A stretch of 20,000 nt of DNA from an uncultured virus (IMG/VR IMGVR_UViG_3300043446_002035) (Duplodnaviria; Heunggongvirae; Uroviricota; Caudoviricetes). Position numbers and translations under genes: made by a program. The stretch is from the IMG/VR virus record IMGVR_UViG_3300043446_002035, one strand, 5' to 3'. This document shows, piece after piece, positions 17,093 to 20,000 of the stretch (within the stretch, counting starts at the first letter, position 1; each line of letters opens with the position of its first letter). The notes beneath the pieces were generated by a model. It saw nothing but the letters and a program-made list of their open reading frames with translations. It had not been told where the DNA came from and ran no database searches.

Positions 17093-17218
17093 ATGTTAGA
17101 AACACTTTTCTGGTTGTTATTGGGTGCATTTATTGGTTGGAATTTTCCACAACCACAGTTTGCAAAAAATTTACAAGCAAAAGTAATGGGTATTGTTAAA
17201 GGGAATAAATCTGAATGA
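17093..17218 (+). CDS. Small single-TM membrane protein (41 aa; not in ORF track)
   Basis: SD AAGGAG 17081-17086; [45 protein letters not shown] overlap with erpA. Confidence 0.8.
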   Translation: MLETLFWLLLGAFIGWNFPQPQFAKNLQAKVMGIVKGNKSE

Positions 17219-17538
17219 TAACTATATCTGATTCTGCTGTGAGAAAAATCAAGACAATTATTGCTGAAGAAGATCCTTCATTGAAACTTCGTGTGTTTGT
17301 ACAAGGTGGTGGGTGTTCGGGTTTTCAATATGGGTTTACGTTAGAAGAATACCCACCAAATGAAGATGATATGACATTCGAAAGAGATGGTGTTGGCGTT
17401 GTCATAGATACTATAAGTTTACAATATATGAATGAAGCCGAGATTGATTATAAAGAAGATTTGATGGGCGCTTCATTTACAATCAAAAATCCAAACGTAA
17501 CTGCTACTTGTGGTTGCGGTTCTTCATTCACGATATGA
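17215..17538 (+). CDS. erpA: A-type iron-sulfur cluster carrier (ErpA/IscA/HesB family)
   Basis: [43 protein letters not shown]; all three conserved Cys present. Confidence 0.93.
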   Translation: MITISDSAVRKIKTIIAEEDPSLKLRVFVQGGGCSGFQYGFTLEEYPPNEDDMTFERDGVGVVIDTISLQYMNEAEIDYKEDLMGASFTIKNPNVTATCGCGSSFTI

Positions 17539-17720
17539 AAACATTCAAAGATTATCTCAAGGCAAATAAAGATAGCAGACAAGAGTTTGTGTCTAAAGCA
17601 GGTGGTGGTGAGTGGGGCAGACCAGAACTCACTGCTAAATATCTTGATGACACGCCTGGTCAGAGTCAACAACAATACAAAAAATACACAACGAACTGGG
17701 CAACAACAGACATAAAATAA
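17535..17720 (+). CDS. Small hypothetical protein (61 aa), possible internal head protein
   Basis: ATGA overlap start at 17535: MKTFKDYLK...GGGEWG...YLDDTPGQ. Confidence 0.7.
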   Translation: MKTFKDYLKANKDSRQEFVSKAGGGEWGRPELTAKYLDDTPGQSQQQYKKYTTNWATTDIK

Positions 17721-17735
17721 ATTATTGGAGATATT

Positions 17736-18578
17736 ATGAAGGATTTGATCGTGGGTTGCTCAACAAATTATGATTGGGCAAAACTAAAGTATTGGATTAA
17801 TTCAATCAATCAATCAGGCTTTGAGGGTGACAAAGTTCTGATTCTCATGAACTGCGACAAAGATACCGTAAAAAAGGTAACTGAAGCAGGTTTCTCAATC
17901 ATTGCATTCAATCAAGACGGTGAAGGTAATCTAACTTATCAATCACAACTGATGGTGCATGTTGAACGATTTGTTCATATTTACAAACTGCTCAAAAGCA
18001 ACGACTATCGTTATGTGATTACCACTGATGTACGAGATGTTATCTTTCAAAAAAATCCTGTTACATGGTTAGAAGAGAATCTTTCTGCACAAGAAGACTT
18101 AGTGTTTTCTTCTGAAAGTATGAAATATAAAGATGAGCCATGGGGTCGTGAAAATATTACACAATGTTATGGTCAAGGCATCTATGATGATTTCAAGAAC
18201 AATACAATTTTCAATGTAGGTGTTCTTGCCGGCCGTGGACATGCAATGAGAGATTTAACATTGCAATTATTTTTGAACTGTATCAATCGCCCAATACCAA
18301 TTGTTGATCAAGCGGTATTCAATGTGATGGTTTCTAGACATCCATATGTGAAAACATCAATGTACATGAAATCAGAAGAAGGTTGGGCATGTCAATTAGG
18401 TACAACTGCTGATCCAAGTAAGATTGAACAGTTTAGACCACATCTATTAGAACCATCACCGAAACTAGAAGGTGACAAGGTTGTAACTTCAACAGGAATA
18501 GAGTATACTATTGTACATCAGTATGATCGTGTGCCAGAATGGCGTAAAGTGATTGAGGCGAAATATGACGACAAATAG
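17736..18578 (+). CDS. GT-A fold glycosyltransferase-like protein
   Basis: SD GGAG; VERF, YVITTDVRDVIFQKNP, FNVGVLAG, DQAVFN, IVHQYDR. Confidence 0.72.
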   Translation: MKDLIVGCSTNYDWAKLKYWINSINQSGFEGDKVLILMNCDKDTVKKVTEAGFSIIAFNQDGEGNLTYQSQLMVHVERFVHIYKLLKSNDYRYVITTDVRDVIFQKNPVTWLEENLSAQEDLVFSSESMKYKDEPWGRENITQCYGQGIYDDFKNNTIFNVGVLAGRGHAMRDLTLQLFLNCINRPIPIVDQAVFNVMVSRHPYVKTSMYMKSEEGWACQLGTTADPSKIEQFRPHLLEPSPKLEGDKVVTSTGIEYTIVHQYDRVPEWRKVIEAKYDDK

Positions 18579-19245
18579 AATCAAAGAATTATTTTGGGAA
18601 CTTGAAAAAGGTTCTACCAAATGGTCAGGTTATTTTGATGTATATGAAAGACATCTGAGTAAATTTACTCACAAAGCACCACGCATACTTGAAATTGGTG
18701 TGTTGGGTGGTGGCTCAATTGAGATGTGGTTGAAATACTTTGGTTCTGATACATCAGTTGTTGCTATTGACATCAATGAAGAATGTTTGAAGTATGAGTA
18801 TGATGGTGATGTCAATATTGTGATGGGTGACCAAAGTGATCCAGAGTTTTGGGATGAATTTCTCAAAACACAAGACAAGTTTGACATTGTAATTGACGAT
18901 GGTTCACATGTAATGAATCATCAAATCACCACACTCAATAAAGTTTTTCCACATATCAAAGAAGGTGGTGTTTACATTTGTGAAGACACTCACACAAGTT
19001 ATTGGCCACAGCCATGGGGTGGTGTGTTTCGTGGTGCTGGTACATTCACAGAACATTGTAAACGAGCAACTGATATTGTCAATCAGCAACACTTTCAAGG
19101 TTCACCAATTTCACAAGAAGCATTAGATGTATATCACAATCTGTATTCTGTTTCATTTTACAATAGTATGGTTGTGATGGAAAAGGAACAACTAAAGCCA
19201 TTTGGCATCACAGACAACAAAGCAAATGTAGGAAGAGAACTATGA
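18565..19245 (+). CDS. Class I SAM-dependent (sugar O-)methyltransferase
   Basis: ILEIGVLGGGS, AIDIN, GDQSD, DIVIDDGSH, GGVYICED. Start ATG 18565. Confidence 0.9.
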   Translation: MTTNRIKELFWELEKGSTKWSGYFDVYERHLSKFTHKAPRILEIGVLGGGSIEMWLKYFGSDTSVVAIDINEECLKYEYDGDVNIVMGDQSDPEFWDEFLKTQDKFDIVIDDGSHVMNHQITTLNKVFPHIKEGGVYICEDTHTSYWPQPWGGVFRGAGTFTEHCKRATDIVNQQHFQGSPISQEALDVYHNLYSVSFYNSMVVMEKEQLKPFGITDNKANVGREL

Positions 19246-19955
19246 GAATAGCACTATGTATTTCTGGCCAACCAAGAATGTGGGAAAAAGGCTATGCATA
19301 TCATTACGAGAACATCATCAAAGGTAATGATGTTACTGTATTTCTGCATTCTTGGGAAATGCCTGCTGAACAAATGCAAAAGATTTCTTCAACATACAAT
19401 GCATACAGCTTTAAGACATCACCAAATCCCACAGTTGATTTGTCAAAGTACACGAATACTCCACCACCATCACCAAACTGGAAAGTTAAAGATGGTCGCA
19501 TGTCAACATATGCTCAGTTGTATGCAATCAGAGAGTGTATGAAAACAAAGTATGAGTATGAAAAATACTTTGAAACAAAGTTTGATTGGGTCATTCGTTC
19601 ACGATTTGACTTTGCTATTAATGTTCGCATACCATTTGAAGAACTAGACAACAGTAAGTTGTATATACCAAACTGTCGCATGACACCAGAACGTGACTTT
19701 GGCAACGATCAGTTTGCGTTCTCATCATCCGAAAACATGGACAAGTATGCTGATGCTTACAATCACATTGATGAGTTCTACAATTCTGGTGTACAATACA
19801 TGATGGAAGATTTTATGAGTGCCAACTGGAAGAGAAACAATCTTGTTGGTGAGAATCTTGTGTACTGTGATGTTAATCATCCGTTTTCACCAGGTGAGTA
19901 CAACAGCACATGGCATTCACTGCTACGAAATGATATGGAAGAATGGCTGAAATGA
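19242..19955 (+). CDS. Putative glycosyltransferase-like protein
   Basis: MRIALCISGQPR, VFLHSW, FDWVIRSRFD, NDQFAF pattern, typical of genes in viral and bacterial glycan loci. Confidence 0.65.
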   Translation: MRIALCISGQPRMWEKGYAYHYENIIKGNDVTVFLHSWEMPAEQMQKISSTYNAYSFKTSPNPTVDLSKYTNTPPPSPNWKVKDGRMSTYAQLYAIRECMKTKYEYEKYFETKFDWVIRSRFDFAINVRIPFEELDNSKLYIPNCRMTPERDFGNDQFAFSSSENMDKYADAYNHIDEFYNSGVQYMMEDFMSANWKRNNLVGENLVYCDVNHPFSPGEYNSTWHSLLRNDMEEWLK

Positions 19956-20000
19956 ATCTGATAATCTGTATGGCGGGTTATAACACCCGTTTTCATGATG
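19952..20000 (+). CDS. 5' end of nucleotidyltransferase (NTP-transferase family), partial
   Basis: ATGA overlap; MNLIICMAGYNTRFHD resembles the IIxMAGxGxRF nucleotide-binding start. Only 16 codons are visible. Confidence 0.6.
   Translation, partial: MNLIICMAGYNTRFHD

Noticed and set aside
5519..18564. Longest-ORF starts given in the track (5519, 6023, 6740, 7623, 13386, 16798, 17508, 18553)
   Set aside because: Downstream ATGs fit better by SD, translational coupling or family N-terminus (5540, 6053, 6788, 7656, 13425, 16810, 17535, 18565).
2691..19542. Alternative-frame + strand ORFs (2691-2927, 7855-8040, 10379-10579, 11156-11344, 11539-11811, 19294-19542)
   Set aside because: They lie inside or across conserved genes, have atypical composition and show no family motifs.
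31..19705. All minus-strand ORFs in the track (e.g. 1978-2322, 4113-4421, 14859-15332, 16126-16431)
   Set aside because: They are antisense shadows of well-supported + strand genes and show no recognisable motifs.
1..20000. CRISPR array, tRNA, long repeats or stop-codon reassignment
   Set aside because: No repeat-spacer periodicity or cloverleaf was seen, intergenic gaps are short, and core genes are intact under the standard code.

Overview
This window is a segment of a large T4-like (myovirus-type) dsDNA phage genome, AT-rich and densely coded on the + strand; all minus-strand ORFs appear to be shadows. It holds the conserved replication module: gp45 sliding clamp, gp44 and gp62 clamp loader, regA, hsp20, gp43 family-B polymerase, uvsX and gp41 helicase. 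Accessory genes are interleaved: the 3' end of a CobS-like ATPase, a stand-alone winged-HTH gene, a GT-A glycosyltransferase, DUF3310, two nucleases inserted between gp44 and gp62, a 2OG-Fe(II) oxygenase, DUF4422 and dCMP deaminase. After gp41 a T4 late promoter (TATAAATA) precedes a PD-(D/E)XK nuclease, a ligase-motif (DUF6267-like) protein, ErpA and a glycan-modification cluster. The most notable observations are: (1) a membrane-anchored coiled-coil protein downstream of gp43 carries the same TLESFF peptide as the polymerase's clamp-binding tail; (2) a ROSE-like RNA thermometer precedes phage hsp20; (3) a perfect sigma70 promoter is nested inside a terminator and followed by a 5'-leader H-type pseudoknot; (4) the late nuclease is paired with a ligase-like protein that has a capsid-targeting-like N-terminus. 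All family assignments come from motif recognition by eye; no database searches were run.
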